Positions 1 to 9,508 of a DNA stretch of 64,000 nt are shown here, one piece after another; position 1 is the first letter of the stretch; every line of letters begins with the position of its first letter. The notes under the pieces were generated by a model. It saw only the letters and a program-made list of their open reading frames with translations. It was not told where the DNA came from and did no database searches. The position numbers and the translations under genes are program-made. The stretch is taken from assembly GCA_963805625.1 (NCBI GenBank), contig CAWDVE010000019.1:480001-544000 (forward strand), in the 5' to 3' direction. Source of the stretch: an uncultured Candidatus Rokubacteria bacterium (GTDB lineage Bacteria > Methylomirabilota > Methylomirabilia > Rokubacteriales > DASRDR01).

Positions 1-1092
1 CTGATCGAGGAGGCTGCGGGCAGCGGCGTCCTCGCGGGCCTACTCTCGAACCGTGACTGGCCGTGGAGCGCGGCGCAGGACGACCGCCCGGTCGAGGAGT
101 TCATGACCCCCGTTGCCCAGCTCGTGACCGGGCCCCCGGACATCTCGATCGAGGAGGCGGAGCGACGCATGTTCGCCCGCCGGGTGGAGAAGCTGCCGCT
201 CGTCGACCGCGACCGGCGCATCCGCGGCCTGATCACGAAGAAGGACATCTTCGCGGCGCGCCAGCGCCCGTACTCGAGCAAGGACACGCGGGGGCGCCTC
301 CTCGTCGGCGCGGCAATCGGCGCCCGCGGTGACTTCCTGGAGCGCGCCGCCGAGCTGCTCGGGGCGGGCGCCGACGCCCTCCTGATTGACATCGCGCACG
401 CCCACTCGGAGGTGATGCGTCGCGCGGTGGAGGCGGTCCGCGCCCGCTTCTCGGGTGTCGAGCTCGTCTGCGGGAACGTCGCCACGGCCGAGGGCGCCGC
501 GTTCCTCCGGGACCTCGGCGCGGACGCGATCAAGGTCGGGGTGGGGCCCGGCCGAGGATGCCGGACGCGGCTCGAGACCGGCGCGGGCGTGCCGCAGCTC
601 CAGGCCATCCGCGAGGCCTGGTGCGCGGTCGAGGACACGGTGCCGATCATCGCCGACGGAGGGGTGCGCGAGGACAAGGACGTGTTCCTGGCGCTCATTG
701 CCGGTGCCTCCGTTGTGATGCTGGGCAGCCTGCTCTCCGGCACCGACGAGGCGCCGGGCCAGATCATCGAGGATCCGGGGACGGGCGAGAAGCGCAAGAT
801 CTACCGCGGGATGACCTCGCCCCAGGCCGTCTTCCGCGCTCTCTACGACGACGAGGAGCCCGACGCGGTCGAGGCCGCCCTCGAGGTGCCGGCGGAGGGC
901 CAGGAGATGCAGGTGCCGTACCGCGGCTCGGTGGTGGACATCCTTCGCCGGATCCGCGGGCATCTGCGCTCTGCCGTCAGCTACGGCGGGGCGGAATCAC
1001 TCGTCCAGCTCCGCGCGAAGGTCCTGCCGGATCCGCTCCGCTACCTGGTCCCACTCTCGTCGGCCTCGCGCGCCGAGTCCTACGAACGGTGA
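1..1092 (+). CDS. IMP dehydrogenase/GMP reductase family protein with CBS domains (5' partial, atypical active-site loop)
   Basis: Frame is open from base 1. CBS-like segments (GLLSNRD, VEKLPLVD, GLITKKD), then LLVGAAIG, IDIAHAHS, GNVAT, IKVGVGPGRGCRTR, IIADGG, VMLGS, YRGMTS. Confidence 0.88.
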   Translation: MIEEAAGSGVLAGLLSNRDWPWSAAQDDRPVEEFMTPVAQLVTGPPDISIEEAERRMFARRVEKLPLVDRDRRIRGLITKKDIFAARQRPYSSKDTRGRLLVGAAIGARGDFLERAAELLGAGADALLIDIAHAHSEVMRRAVEAVRARFSGVELVCGNVATAEGAAFLRDLGADAIKVGVGPGRGCRTRLETGAGVPQLQAIREAWCAVEDTVPIIADGGVREDKDVFLALIAGASVVMLGSLLSGTDEAPGQIIEDPGTGEKRKIYRGMTSPQAVFRALYDDEEPDAVEAALEVPAEGQEMQVPYRGSVVDILRRIRGHLRSAVSYGGAESLVQLRAKVLPDPLRYLVPLSSASRAESYER

Positions 1093-1195
1093 GCGGTCCT
1101 CAACGCAGTCAGCCTGTTGGACCAGCGCAGTCAACACCTATCATCGAGAGTTGAACGCGGACACCGCCAATCTACCCTCGAGGAGCGCGTGAAGC

Positions 1196-1456
1196 ATGAC
1201 GGAGCCAGTGTCCGAAGAGCGAAAGAAGGCCTACTTCGAAAAGGCGCGCAAGGGTGTGCTCGCGTGGCTGGCGAAGCGGGAAGGTGTGGCCGCCACGCTC
1301 GGCGAGATGCACGAGCACAGTTCGGAGAGATTCTTGATCGCCCACCAGGGCTTCTCGGCCATGATGGAAAGCCTTGTGGCCGAGGGGCTGGTCGGCTATG
1401 ACGAGAAAACTAGAACGGCGACGCTCACCGACGCCGGCCGGCGGTTCATCGCCTAG
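1196..1456 (+). CDS. small hypothetical protein, probable winged-helix fold
   Basis: GAGGAG upstream; C-terminal LVAEGLVGYDEKTRTATLTDAGRRF resembles a wHTH wing. Confidence 0.65.
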   Translation: MTEPVSEERKKAYFEKARKGVLAWLAKREGVAATLGEMHEHSSERFLIAHQGFSAMMESLVAEGLVGYDEKTRTATLTDAGRRFIA

Positions 1457-1508
1457 TCTTCCCTGACATCGGCCCGGTTGTTGCTTCGACCGTTCGCCTA
1501 CATGGGAC

Positions 1509-2291
1509 TCAGAACAGCGCGCGGGACTGCCCGCCGTCGACGTTCAGGCAGGCGCCGAGGACCAGGCTGGCCGCGTCCGAGGCGAGAAAGGCCACGACGC
1601 GTCCCACCTCCTCGGGCCGGCCGAAGCGCCCGAGCGGTAGATCGGCCCTGAGGAACTGGGCGATCCCGTCCGGGTCCTCGCGGGTCCGCCGCTCCCAGCC
1701 GCCTCCCGGGAAGACGATCGAGCCCGGCGCGACGGCGTTGACCCGGATGCCGAGCGGGGCGAGCTCCATGGCGAGGGCCTTCGACATTCCGATCTCGGCC
1801 GCCTTGGCGGCGATGTAGGTCGGGCGCCGCACGTAGCTTCCGCCCCACTCCCGGCCGTATATGGACACGATGTTGACGATCGCCCCACGGCCACGGGCCC
1901 GCATCGAGGGCACCACGAGACGGCTGGCGCGCACGGCGGCCATGAGGTTCAGGTCGACGGCGCGCTGCCAGTCCTCCTCGCTCGTCTCGAGGAACGAGCT
2001 GCCGGTCGAGCCGCCGACGTTGTTGACGAGGACGTCGACCGCGCCGAACGCGGTGAGCGCGGCCTCGACGGTTTCCCGGATGCCGTCCAGCGTCGTGACG
2101 TCGGCGGGCACGGCAATCGCCTCGACTCCCAGCGCCCGCACCTCGGCGGCCGCTGAGTCGAGCGCGTCCTTGCCGCGCGCGCAGAGCGCAACGCGACAGC
2201 CTTCACGCGCGAGCTCCAGCGCAACCCCGCGGCCGATGCCCCGGCTCGATCCGGTGACGAGCGCGGCCTTGCCCCTGAGTCCGAGGTCCAT
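1509..2291 (-). CDS. short-chain dehydrogenase/reductase (SDR)
   Basis: MDLGLRGKAALVTGSSRGIG, NNVG, YxxxK (YIAAK), VDGG; AGGAGG upstream of ATG 2291. Confidence 0.93.
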   Translation of the reverse strand: MDLGLRGKAALVTGSSRGIGRGVALELAREGCRVALCARGKDALDSAAAEVRALGVEAIAVPADVTTLDGIRETVEAALTAFGAVDVLVNNVGGSTGSSFLETSEEDWQRAVDLNLMAAVRASRLVVPSMRARGRGAIVNIVSIYGREWGGSYVRRPTYIAAKAAEIGMSKALAMELAPLGIRVNAVAPGSIVFPGGGWERRTREDPDGIAQFLRADLPLGRFGRPEEVGRVVAFLASDAASLVLGACLNVDGGQSRALF

Positions 2292-2368
2292 GCGTGTCCT
2301 CCTGTGTGGTATCGGCGTCAGCCTAGCCGCGCCGCCGGCGCGGTGCAACTCGGCCGCCCGCGCCGCTC

Positions 2369-2396
2369 TTGACAGATGCCTCGCCAAACGGATAGT
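2369..2396 (+). promoter_or_regulatory. putative sigma70 promoter for the mandelate racemase gene
   Basis: TTGACA at 2369-2374 followed by GATAGT at 2391-2396. Confidence 0.4.
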
Positions 2397-2425
2397 GGTC
2401 CCACTCTTCCCGGAGGAGATCCACG

Positions 2426-3515
2426 ATGGACAGCCCCGTCCGGCTTCACCTTCGTGACGTCCAGGCCCGCGCGGTCATCGGTCCTCTGGCCACGCCCGTT
2501 CGCACGGCATCGGGCTCGGTCACCCAGGCGCTTCTCGTGCTGATCGACCTCCACACCGAGGAGGGGCCGGTCGGGCGAGCCTACCTGTTCGCCTATCAGC
2601 CCTTCGCCCTCCGCCCGCTGCGCGATCTCGTGCTCGGGCTCGGCGAGACGCTCAAGGGGCAGCCTGTCGCGCCGGTTGAGCTCCACCGTGCCCTGCGCGG
2701 GCGCCTCACGCTGTTCGGCACGCGAGGTCTTCAGGGGATGGCCGTGGCCGGGATCGACATGGCCGCCTGGGACGCGCTCGCCGTCACCGCCGGCGTTCCT
2801 CTGGTGACCCTTCTCGGTGGCGAGGCTCGGCCCATCCCGGCCTACAACAGCCTGGGCATGCTCCCGCCCGGCGAGGCGGCCGACGAGGCCGGGAAGACCG
2901 CCGCGGCAGGGTTCCGGGGCTTCAGATCATGAGGGCAACGTCGTCGGCGATCGCCCGGCGCGCCGCGCGCACCGCCGCGAGATCCTGCTCGAGCGACGGC
3001 CAGCCGATCTTGATCTTGACTTCAACCAGTCCCTCTCGGTTGCGGAGGCCCTCCGGCGCGGACGCGTGCTCGACGGTGAGGGGGTGGCCTGGATCGAGGA
3101 GCCGGTGCGCGGCGAGGACTTCCGGGGCGCGGCGGAGGTGGCGGCGGCCCTCGCGACCCCGATCCAGATCGGCGAGAACTTCTCGGGGCCCTTCGAGATG
3201 GAGGAGGCGCTCAGGGCGAAGGCCGCTGACCTGGTCATGCCCGACGTCCAGCAGATCGGCGGGGTGACCGGCTGGCTTCGCGCCGCGGCCCTGGCCCACA
3301 CCGCCGGGGTGCCCTGCTCGAGCCACCTCTTCATCGAGGCGAGCGCGCACCTCCTCGCGGTCACCCCGACGTGCCACTGGATCGAGTACCTCGACGTGGC
3401 CGCGCCCGTCCTCGCGGAGCCGCTCCGATCTGTCGACGGGACGCTTCGGGCGCCGTCCCGGCCGGGCCTCGGGCTCACGTGGGACGAGGCCGCCGTCCGG
3501 CGCTACCTCGTGTAG
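2426..3515 (+). pseudogene. mdlA: mandelate racemase (enolase superfamily) disrupted by an internal 93-bp inversion plus a 1-bp frameshift
   Basis: The N-terminal half (LVLIDL..GRAYLFAY, AGIDMAAWDA) and the C-terminal half (DFNQSL, WIEEP, GENF, MPDV, SSHLF, WIEY) are in different frames. The missing KIKIGWPSLEQDLAAVRAARRAIADDVALMI is encoded on the minus strand at 2925-3017. Confidence 0.92.
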
Positions 3516-3518
3516 CGC

Positions 3519-4355
3519 TCAGCGGCCCCGCTTCGCGGCGAGAACGACGAGACTGTTGGCGAGGGCACGGCCTGCCGGCGTCGCCGAGAGGGCCGCGTCC
3601 ACTGATCGCAGCCGGCGGAAGAGCGCTCCGGTCACCCAGCCCAGTCGCGGACGGTGGAGCACCGTGGACGGGATGACGTTCGTCACGCCGTGGAGTCCCC
3701 AGGCCCGCAGGCGCACGAGGCCGGCGTCGCCGAGCAGGCGGTCGAGCTCCCGTCGAGTGAAGAGCCTGAGCCTCGGGTAACCCGGGTAGTCCATCCAGAC
3801 GCCCTCGCGGATCGGCCGCCCGAAGGCCCGCCAGGCCTCGCGGGTTTTGACCTCGTACCCGAGGGGGTCGCCCACGGCGCTCGATGCGAGCCGCCACGCG
3901 AGGTCGAGGCTCCATCGGTGCTCGACCTCCAGCAGGAGCCGGCCGCCCGGCCGGAGCACCCGCGCGATCTCGGCGATCGCCCGGTCCGGCCGTGAGACGA
4001 ACGACAGCGTGCTGCCGCACGAGACCACCAGGTCCACCGTATCGTCCCGGCAGGGGAGCGTCTCGACATCGCCCTGCACCAGCTGCGCGCCCGCACACCG
4101 CGCCCGCGCCACGCGAAGGAGGCCTGCCGCAAGGTCTACGCCGACCGTCTCGTAGCCGAGCTCCAGCAGGAGGGCCGTCTGGAAGCCCGTCCCGCACCCG
4201 GCGTCCAGCGCCCGCGGGCGACTGGATCCGGGCGGAGGGGCCAGCTCGACGCGCACGAGGCCGTGGAGGACGGCGTAGAGGTGCTCGTACCACGGCTCGA
4301 GCTCGTCGTACGATGCGGCCATCGCATCGAAGGCGGTTGCGAGGTCGGTCGCCAC
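3519..4355 (-). CDS. class I SAM-dependent methyltransferase
   Basis: ALDAGCGTG motif I, VGVDL, GDVETLP, EIARVLRPGG. Confidence 0.9.
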   Translation of the reverse strand: MATDLATAFDAMAASYDELEPWYEHLYAVLHGLVRVELAPPPGSSRPRALDAGCGTGFQTALLLELGYETVGVDLAAGLLRVARARCAGAQLVQGDVETLPCRDDTVDLVVSCGSTLSFVSRPDRAIAEIARVLRPGGRLLLEVEHRWSLDLAWRLASSAVGDPLGYEVKTREAWRAFGRPIREGVWMDYPGYPRLRLFTRRELDRLLGDAGLVRLRAWGLHGVTNVIPSTVLHRPRLGWVTGALFRRLRSVDAALSATPAGRALANSLVVLAAKRGR

Positions 4356-4401
4356 GATGCGAGTGTAGCGAGGGCCCGGCAGCCGGGCGAGAGGAGCCCC
4401 G

Positions 4402-5595
4402 ATGCGTCGTCGGCGGAGAACAGCAGGGCCAGGCGATCCGGTGCCGCGCCCGCGGCCCCTTCCGCACGTGGGTCACGAGGCGGACGGGGACGGCGATGGA
4501 CGGCCCCAGCCGGAGCCACCTTCACGCGGCCCGGACCGGGCCGGCGACTGGCCGGTGCGGGAGCCGCTCCACCTGGTGGCCGACGGTCCCGCGGCCGGCA
4601 CGGTCAGCCGGCTTCTCGATCGCATGCGCACATCGGCCTTCCAGGGACGGCGGCTCGGCGAGGCCTTCGGCGCCTGGAAGCGGATGATCGACGGCAACGG
4701 GCTGATCGCGATCGGCCTCGCGGGGTCGATGGCGAGCGCAGGGCTCTGGCCCCTGATCGTCTGGCTCGTCGAGCGCGGCTACGTCGACCTCGTGGTGTCC
4801 ACGTCGGCGAATGCCACGGAGGACCTCCTGGAGCAGCGAGGGGTCCGGTTGCTCCAGATTGACGCCGACCGCGCCGACGACGAGACGCTGCGGCGCCAGG
4901 GGTTCTATCGCTTCTACGATCACGTCGTCAGCACCGCCGAATACGACGCGATGGAGGACTTCACCAGCGGATTCTTCGAGTACCTCGGGAGCGCGTGGCC
5001 GCGGCCGGCGATCAGCGGCGTCGGGTTCATGCGGGAGCTGGGCGCGTGGCTCGACAGGCAGGGACTCGGCGGCGGTCTCGCGGCCACTTGCGCGCGCCAC
5101 GGCGTGCCGCTCTTCGTGCCGGCGGCGCCGGACGGGCCGCTCGCCGAGGGGTACCGTGCAGCCCGGCGGAAGGGGCCGGTCGTCGACTTCTTCCGCGACT
5201 ACGAGATCGCGCTGGCCATGATGAACCGCTACATGGCGCCCGGCCCTGGGACGAGCGCGATCTTCCTGGGCGGCGGAGTCCCGAAGGATTTCATCCAGAT
5301 CACGGCGACGAGCGTGTCGACGCTGCGGGGGGCGGAAGCCTGCCCGCACGTCGCCGCGATCCAGATCACGACGGACAACCCGGTCTACGGGGGCCTTGGC
5401 GGAGCGGGCGTCAACACCGAGGCCATCTCCTGGGGCAAGGAGACCGTGGACGGCGACAACGTCATGGTCTTCGCGGACGTGACGATCGCGGTGCCTTTTC
5501 TCTGCCAGGGCCTCCTCGAGCACTACGGCCCGCGCCACATCCGGCCGGCGCGCACGGGCATCGCCCGCGCGCTGGCAGCGCTCCAGGCCGGGTAA
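4402..5595 (+). CDS. deoxyhypusine synthase family protein (bacterial DHS-like/homospermidine synthase-like); start uncertain (GTG 4468 or 4555 possible)
   Basis: SAFQGRRLGEA, GLAGSMASAG, VSTSAN, LGGGVPKDF, QITTD, GGLGGA, EAISWGK with the catalytic Lys retained, DVTIAVP. Confidence 0.9.
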   Translation: MRRRRRTAGPGDPVPRPRPLPHVGHEADGDGDGRPQPEPPSRGPDRAGDWPVREPLHLVADGPAAGTVSRLLDRMRTSAFQGRRLGEAFGAWKRMIDGNGLIAIGLAGSMASAGLWPLIVWLVERGYVDLVVSTSANATEDLLEQRGVRLLQIDADRADDETLRRQGFYRFYDHVVSTAEYDAMEDFTSGFFEYLGSAWPRPAISGVGFMRELGAWLDRQGLGGGLAATCARHGVPLFVPAAPDGPLAEGYRAARRKGPVVDFFRDYEIALAMMNRYMAPGPGTSAIFLGGGVPKDFIQITATSVSTLRGAEACPHVAAIQITTDNPVYGGLGGAGVNTEAISWGKETVDGDNVMVFADVTIAVPFLCQGLLEHYGPRHIRPARTGIARALAALQAG

Positions 5596-5622
5596 TCGGG
5601 CGGCGACCGGCGCGCGTCCGCG

Positions 5623-7009
5623 CTACGCGCGGAGGGCTGCGAGGAGCGCGAGGCCCTTCGACGATCTGCTCGCCCGCGCCGGGGCGGAACGGCGAGGTGT
5701 CGACCTCGTAGCCCCGGTCCGGATATGCCTCGGCCGTTGGCAGTTAGCCCAGGTAGTCGTTCGTGTAGCCGGAGAAGAGCGTGTGCGGGAAGGGCGAGCG
5801 TGCCTTGACCTGGACGCCCAGCTCGCTGAATGGCTCCCCGGCGAAGCCGACGAGCGCGACGTCACCGAGGCGAATGCCGTGGAGCTCCGTCTCCACCTCG
5901 AGGAGCCCCGCGTATTGCCGCGCCTTGTCGGCGAACATGCCTGCGCGCCGCGCCAGTCCGACGGCGACGCACAGGTCTTCCTCGCTGACCTTGCCCCGGC
6001 TCGCGGCGAGCTCCGCCGCGCGATTCCGGGCGTCCGCGACGGCTTCGGCGACCGGCGGGTACTCCCGCACCGGCAGCCGCATGGCCTGCGTCGCCACGCG
6101 CAGGGTCCCGTCCGGCTCGCCCGCGGGCTCGTCCGCGTAGATCCCGAGCGGGGCCCCGGATTCCATGACCCGGAGGAGCCGCTCTCGCCGCGGCACGGTC
6201 TGGAGGCGCAGGGCCAGCCGCGCCGCCTCGTGCCCCAGGATCGCCCCGAGCCGACGATAGACCGCGACATCTCCCACGTAGTCGACGATCGCGTGGACGT
6301 TCCCGGCCGCGCCCTGAAGGAAGAGGCACGTGGCGCCAGTGGCATGCTCGACGACCTGGCGGACGATGCCTGGGTAGTCGGGTGTGATCAAGCGGTTCGG
6401 ATGTCCCATGATCGTCGGGTGGCAGCCGTAGTGGACGATCACGGCGAGCGGGCGCTCGTCGAGGTCGTCGATCCGCACGACCTTCACTTCACGGTCGACG
6501 AAGCCCTCCCAGTTCCGGCCGGCGACGACCCGGCCGGTCGGGAGCTTGAGCCGCCGGTTGACGACGATGTCCGAGGAGCCGGAGCCCGCCGCCACCCGGA
6601 CCGGCTGGAGGCGCCGCTTGGCCTCCCAGGCGGCGCCCGCGATCCGCCCGGCCAGGCTCGCCACGTACGGGCCGATCAGCTCCTCCCCCTCGGTCATCCA
6701 GCTGGGGCCCAGCATCGGGCCCGAGTGCGTGTGGGTGTACGAGAGCCGGACGTGTGCGAACGGAATGCCGCAGAGGTCGGCGACCGCCTGACGGATGGGA
6801 TCGGCGAGGTCGCGCCCGACGACGCACAAGTCGACGTCGACGAGCGCGGCCTCGACGGGCCCGTTGGCGAGCACGAGAACGGTGGCCAGGAGGTCCATGT
6901 CGACCCCCTCGGCCCGCTGGTGCGTCTGGACGCCCCAGCCGGCGTGGGCGATGCCGACGGGCGGGGTGATGATGGCGCGGCCCACGCCGGCGCGGAGCGT
7001 CGGGGTCAT
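5623..7009 (-). pseudogene. neutral/alkaline ceramidase-like amidohydrolase with premature TAA (5744-5746) and a likely second frameshift near 5657
   Basis: LRAGVGRAIITPP, SYTHTHSGP, HYGCHPT, ITPDYPG, FLQGAAGN, GEPFSELG. The conserved tail GYTNDYLG*LPTAEAYPDRGYEV continues in frame past the stop. Confidence 0.8.
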
Positions 7010-7010
7010 G

Positions 7011-8594
7011 CTACTTCTGGACCGTCATCTCCCGGAGGGCGACGAAGGGCCGCGACTGACTGTTGATGTAGAAGCCGCCCACCTTGCCGGTGGATGCCCA
7101 CAGGAACGGCTGTGGCTGGAGCCGGACGAACGGCACGTCGTCGGCCACGATCTCGGAGATCCGCTTGTAGATGGCCTTGCGCCGCTCGACGTTGAGCTCG
7201 CCGCGCCCGGAGGTCAGAAGGTCGTCCATGTCCTTACGGGTGTAGCCGCCCGGGTTGTTCTGGCCGCCGGTGAAGAGTGCGCTCACGACGAGGCCGTCTG
7301 GGTCCGCCTCGCGCAGGAAGATCGTCTGGCCGAGCTGGAACTGCTTGTCCCGGTAGACCTGCTGGATCCACGTCGCGAACTCGAGCTGGGTGAGCTTCAC
7401 GTTCACGCCGCCCTTGCGGAACGTCTCCTTGCACACCTCGGCGACCTTGACGGTATCCGGGCGGGTACCGATGACCTTCCACTCGAGCTCGATGCCGTTC
7501 GGGTGTCCGGCCTCGGTCAGGAGCTTCTTGGCGGCGTCGGCGTCGTACCGGGGGCACGTGACGTCGCTGTGGGCCCAGTGGCCGATCGGAAAGGGGTTAC
7601 AGCCCTGCTCGATCGTGCCCACGCCATAGTACACGGCGCGGTTCAGCGCCTCGCGATCCACCAGGTGGGCGATGGCCTGCCGGAGCTTCTTGTTGTCGAG
7701 CGGCGGGGCGTGCTTGATGAGGATGACGGCATACGCGGACGAGGCCTTCGGCTCGTGGATCGCCAGGCCGGGGGTGGCGCGGAGGTCGCGGAGCGCCTCG
7801 AACGGGACCTCGCTGACGATGTCGGTGGTGCCGGTCTTGAGGTTCGCGACGCGGGTCGACGGCTCAACCACGGGCACCCATCGGATCTCGTCCACCTTGG
7901 GCTGCCCGGCCACGTAGAACTTCTCCCAGCGGCGGACCAGCAAGTGCGAATTCGGCACGCGCTCCACGAAGCGGAACGGCCCGGTGCCGACCGGCTCGAC
8001 GCCGATCTTCTCGACGTTCTCCTTGGCGACGATCATCGCGAAGGCGAGGTTGGCCAGGAAGGGCGCCGACGGCTGCTTGAGGACGATCCGGACCCGGTAG
8101 TCGTCGACCACCTCGGCGCGCTCCATGTCGAGGATGAGCGTGTACCACTTGCTCCGGCCGCCGAGACCCTGGATCCGCTCGAGGGAGAATTTGACGTCGT
8201 CGGCCTTCATCTCGCGCCCGTTGTGGAAGAGCACGCCCTTCCGCAGCTGGAACACGTATGTCTTCGGGTCGGGCTGGGTCCAGGATTGCGCGAGATCGGG
8301 CACCGGCTGGAAGTCGCGATCCAGCGCGGTCAGGCTGGAGAACATGGACTCCCACGGGCAGTAGTCGTTCCAGGCCGTGACCAGGTGGGGATCGAGCTGC
8401 TGGATGTCCGTCGCCATGTTGATCCGCATCGTGCCGCCGGCCTGTGCAGCCGCCGACTCGGGCTGGGCGGCGGCCAGGAGGCCGAGACCGGCCAGGGCGA
8501 TGCCACCCTCGCCGGCCAGGCGTAGGAGATCGCGGCGGCTCAGTGGAAGCCCGTTGGACTCGAGGACGTCGAGGATGCGCCGAGTGTCGGTCAT
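7011..8594 (-). CDS. ABC transporter substrate-binding protein, family 5 (Dpp/Opp-like), Tat-type signal
   Basis: SRRDLLRLAG twin-arginine motif; LDPH, PDLAQSW, LRKGVLFHNG, PVGTGPF. Confidence 0.93.
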   Translation of the reverse strand: MTDTRRILDVLESNGLPLSRRDLLRLAGEGGIALAGLGLLAAAQPESAAAQAGGTMRINMATDIQQLDPHLVTAWNDYCPWESMFSSLTALDRDFQPVPDLAQSWTQPDPKTYVFQLRKGVLFHNGREMKADDVKFSLERIQGLGGRSKWYTLILDMERAEVVDDYRVRIVLKQPSAPFLANLAFAMIVAKENVEKIGVEPVGTGPFRFVERVPNSHLLVRRWEKFYVAGQPKVDEIRWVPVVEPSTRVANLKTGTTDIVSEVPFEALRDLRATPGLAIHEPKASSAYAVILIKHAPPLDNKKLRQAIAHLVDREALNRAVYYGVGTIEQGCNPFPIGHWAHSDVTCPRYDADAAKKLLTEAGHPNGIELEWKVIGTRPDTVKVAEVCKETFRKGGVNVKLTQLEFATWIQQVYRDKQFQLGQTIFLREADPDGLVVSALFTGGQNNPGGYTRKDMDDLLTSGRGELNVERRKAIYKRISEIVADDVPFVRLQPQPFLWASTGKVGGFYINSQSRPFVALREMTVQK

Positions 8595-8655
8595 GGTGTG
8601 GTCCTCCTGTGTGAACGGTGTGACGGAGGTGTGGACCGGATGGCGGCGGGGCGAC

Positions 8656-9498
8656 TCATGCGCCGCGCTCCGCCATGCGGAGACGAGGGTCGAGCGCCTC
8701 CCGGAGCCCGTCGCCCAGGAAGTTGAGCGCGAGGACGGTCACGAAGATCGAGAGACCCGGGAACGTCGCGTACCAGGGCGCCTGGCCGAGCAGGCTCCGT
8801 CCGAAGGACAGCATGGAGCCCCAGGAGGGATCCGGCGGCTGGACCCCGAGCCCGAGGAACGAGAGCGCGGCCTCGACGAGGATCGCGTTGGCCACGGCGA
8901 GCGAGCCCTGGACGATCAGCGGCGAGAGGCAGTTGGGTAGGATGACGCCGGCCGCGATGTAGACGCTGCCAGCCCCCAGCGCTCGCGCCGCCTCGACGAA
9001 CTCCTTCTCGCGGATCGACAGGGCGTTGGCACGCGTGATGCGCGCGAAGGCCGGGACGAACACGATTCCGATCGCCACCATGGCGTTCTGGAGCGATGGC
9101 CCGAGGACGGCCATCAGCGCGATGGCCAGCAGGATCGCCGGGAACGCCAGCAGGGCGTCCATGAGGCGCATGACGAGGCCGTCGAGCCGACCGCCGACGT
9201 ACCCGGCCAGGAGACCCAGCGGGATACCCACGGAGGCAGCGATCCCCACCGCGATCGCGCCGACCATGAGTGAGGCGCGCGCCCCGTACACGATCCGGCT
9301 CAGGATGTCGCGCCCCAGGTCGTCCGTGCCCAGCCAGTAGCGGGCGGACGGCGGGAGGAGGCTGTCGATGGGATGGATCTCGTCGGGCCGATACGGCGTG
9401 ACCCAGGGGGCGAAGATGGCGAGCAGGGCGAGGAGGCCGGTCAGCCCAAGCCCGAACGCCGCCGTGCGGCTCCGGAGCAAGCCCCTGAGGACTGTCAT
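8656..9498 (-). CDS. ABC peptide/nickel-type permease (DppC-like)
   Basis: WLGTDDLGRDILSRIVYGAR, EFVEAARALGA, LSFLGLG, PSWG. Confidence 0.93.
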   Translation of the reverse strand: MTVLRGLLRSRTAAFGLGLTGLLALLAIFAPWVTPYRPDEIHPIDSLLPPSARYWLGTDDLGRDILSRIVYGARASLMVGAIAVGIAASVGIPLGLLAGYVGGRLDGLVMRLMDALLAFPAILLAIALMAVLGPSLQNAMVAIGIVFVPAFARITRANALSIREKEFVEAARALGAGSVYIAAGVILPNCLSPLIVQGSLAVANAILVEAALSFLGLGVQPPDPSWGSMLSFGRSLLGQAPWYATFPGLSIFVTVLALNFLGDGLREALDPRLRMAERGA

Positions 9499-9508
9499 CG
9501 GATGCCGC

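Noticed and set aside
2921-3020. Cleanly reversible phase-variable inverton
   Set aside because: Only 7-8 bp of imperfect inverted homology, no recombinase in the window, and a net +1 base persists after re-inversion.
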